Source: Tubiluchus corallicola (Eukaryota > Animalia > Priapulida). Taken from it: a DNA stretch of 52,121 nt. The stretch spans positions 1-52,121 of the forward strand of contig JAQGDQ010001251.1 in the NCBI GenBank assembly GCA_030141605.1. The letters run 5' to 3'. Positions 49,550 through 52,121 of the stretch are shown here, piece by piece (position 1 is the first letter of the stretch; every line of letters begins with the position of its first letter). The notes under the pieces are model-generated. The model did no database searches. It saw only the letters and a program-made list of their open reading frames with translations, and had not been told where the DNA came from. The translations under genes were made by a program, and so were the position numbers.

Positions 49550-50792
49550 TGACTAGCAGCTAGGTAGATAGGTATGTAGATAGATGGCAGCTAGGTAGAT
49601 CGATAGGTAAGTAGATAGATAGCAGCTAGGTAGATAGGTAAGTAGATGGATAGATAGGTAAGTAGATAGATCGATAGGTAAGTAGATGGCTAGCAGCTAT
49701 GTAGATAGCTAAGTAGATGGCTAGCAGCTAGGTAGATAGGTAATTAGATAGATAGCAGCTATGTAGATAGGTAAGTAGATAGATAGCAGCTAGGTAGATA
49801 GATAGGTAAGTAGATAGATAGACAGGTAAGTAGATAGATAGCAGCTAGGTAGATAGGTAAGTAGATAGATAGATAGGTAATTAGATAGATAGCAGCTATG
49901 TAGATAGGTAAGTAGATAGATAGCAGCTAGGTAGATAGGTAAGTAGATAGATAGCAGCTAGGTAGATAGGTAAGTAGATAGATAGATAGGTAAGTAGATA
50001 GATAGCAGCTAGGTAGATAGGTAAGTAGATAGATAGCAGCTAGGTAGATAGGTAAGTAGATAGATAGCAGCTAGGTAGATAGGTAAGTAGATAGTTAGCA
50101 GCTAGGTAGATAGGTAAGTAGATAGTTAGCAGCTAGGTAGATAGGTAATTAGATAGATAGCAGCTATGTAGATAGGTAAGTAGATAGTTAGCAGCTAGGT
50201 AGATAGGTAAGTAGATAGTTAGCAGCTAGGCAGATAGGTAAGTAGATAGATAGATAGGTAAGTAGATAGATAGCAGCTAGGTAGTTAGGTAAGTAGATAG
50301 ATAGCACCTAGGTAGATAGGTAAGTAGATAGATAGCAGCTAGGTAGATAGGTAAGTAGATAGATAGCAGCTAGGTAGATAGGTAAGTAGATAGATAGCAG
50401 CTAGGTAGATAGGTAAGTAGATAGATAGCAGCTAGGTAGATAGGTAAGTAGATAGATAGCAGCTAGGTAGATAGGTAAGTAGATAGATAGCAGCTAGGTA
50501 GATAGGTAAGTAGATAGATAGCAGCTAGGTAGATAGGTAAGTAAGTAGATAGATAGGTAAGTAGATAGATAGCAGCTAGGTAGATAGGTAAGTAGATAGT
50601 TAGCAGCTAGGTAGATAGGTAAGTAGATAGTTAGCAGCTAGGTAGATAAGTAGATAGATAGATAGGTAAGTAGGTAACTAGCAGCTAGGTAGATAGGTAA
50701 GTAGATAGATAGCAGCTAGGTAAATAGGTGAGTAGATAGATAGATATGTAAGTAGATACCTAGTAACACGTAGACAGGTAAGTAGGTAGGTA
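49550..50792. repeat. 31-bp GATA-derived minisatellite
   Basis: Unit TAGCAGCTAGGTAGATAGGTAAGTAGATAGA with shorter variants. Confidence 0.96.
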
Positions 50793-50976
50793 GCTGGGAG
50801 GGAGTTGTTAGTCACTAGACAGCTAACTGAGATAATTAATTCGGTAAGCAGACAGGAATGTAAGTAAACAGGTAAATAAGCAACATGTAGGCAGCTGAAC
50901 AGATTATTAATTATTATTAAACCTCATTTATTTTCAAAATCAAATGATACAAAGCCCTCCGTTTGCTGGGCTATAT

Positions 50977-52121
50977 GCACTAATACATATAAAAAATACA
51001 CTACATATTAAATAGTTGTACTAATACATATAAAAAATACACTACATATAAAATAGTAGCACTAATACACATAAAAAATACACAACATATTAAATAGTAG
51101 CACTAATACATATAAAAAATACACTACATATTAAATAGTAGCACTAATACATATAAAAAATACACTACATATTAAATAGTAGCACTAATACATATAAAAA
51201 ATACACTACATATTAAATAGTAGCACTAATACATATAAAAAATACACTACATATTAAATAGTAGCACTAATACATATAAAAAATACACTACATATAAAAT
51301 AGTAGCACTAATACACATAACAAATACACTACATATTAAATAGTAGCTCTAATACATATAAAAATACACTACATATTAAATAGTAGCACTAACACATACA
51401 AAAAATAAATTACATTTTAAATAGAAGCACTAATACATATAAAAAATACACTGCATATTAAATACAAGCACTAATACATATAAAAATACACTACATATTA
51501 AACAGAAGCACTAATACATACAAAAAGATAAACTACACATTAAATAGAAGCACTAATACATATAAAAAATACACTGCATATTAAATAGTAGCACTAATAC
51601 ATATAAAAAATACACTACATATTAAATAGTAGCACTAACACATACAAAAAATAAATTACATTTTAAATAGAAGCACTAATACATATAAAAAATACACTGC
51701 ATATTAAATACAAGCACTAATACATATAAAAATACACTACATATTAAACAGAAGCACTAATACATACAAAAAGATAAACTACACATTAAATAGAAGCACT
51801 AATACATATAAAAAATACACTGCATATTAAATAGTAGCACTAATACATATAAAAAATACACTACATATTAAATAGTAGCACTAATACATATAAAAAATAC
51901 ACTATATTAAATAGTGACTAATACATATAAAAATACTACATATTAAATAGTAGCACTAATACACATAAAAAATACACTACATATTAAATAGTAGCACTAA
52001 TACATATAAAAAATACACTACATATTAAATAGTAGCACTAATACATATAAAAATACACTACATATTAAATAGTAGCACTAATACATATAAAAAATACATT
52101 ATTAAATAGTAGTACTAATAT
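50977..52121. repeat. 41-bp AT-rich minisatellite running to the window end
   Basis: Unit GCACTAATACATATAAAAAATACACTACATATTAAATAGTA. Confidence 0.97.

Overview
AT-rich eukaryotic genomic DNA, probably from an invertebrate animal (inferred from the transposon spectrum). No prokaryotic genes, rRNA, bona fide tRNA or CRISPR array, and no host protein I can recognise. Most of the window is repeats. (i) Four families (my labels A-D) of non-autonomous TTAA-inserting elements with AG...CT termini (Kolobok-like), about 19 copies or fragments, often nested. (ii) Small MITEs with diagnostic TSDs (hAT-like, P-like, possibly piggyBac-like) and the decayed 5' end of a Blackjack-type hAT transposase. (iii) About 10 decayed non-LTR retrotransposon 3' ends (one RTE, several CR1/L2-group). 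(iv) Five large minisatellite arrays (53, 33, 49, 31 and 41 bp units), many microsatellites and local duplications. Most ORF-track entries are artefacts of these repeats. A few unique islands carry splice signals: a CpG-rich putative first exon near 42.5-42.7 kb, a 64-nt exon at 8.2 kb, and two minus-strand exons at 31.6 and 28.8 kb. The window may therefore be mostly intronic or intergenic DNA of unidentified genes. All coordinates and alignments were read by eye.
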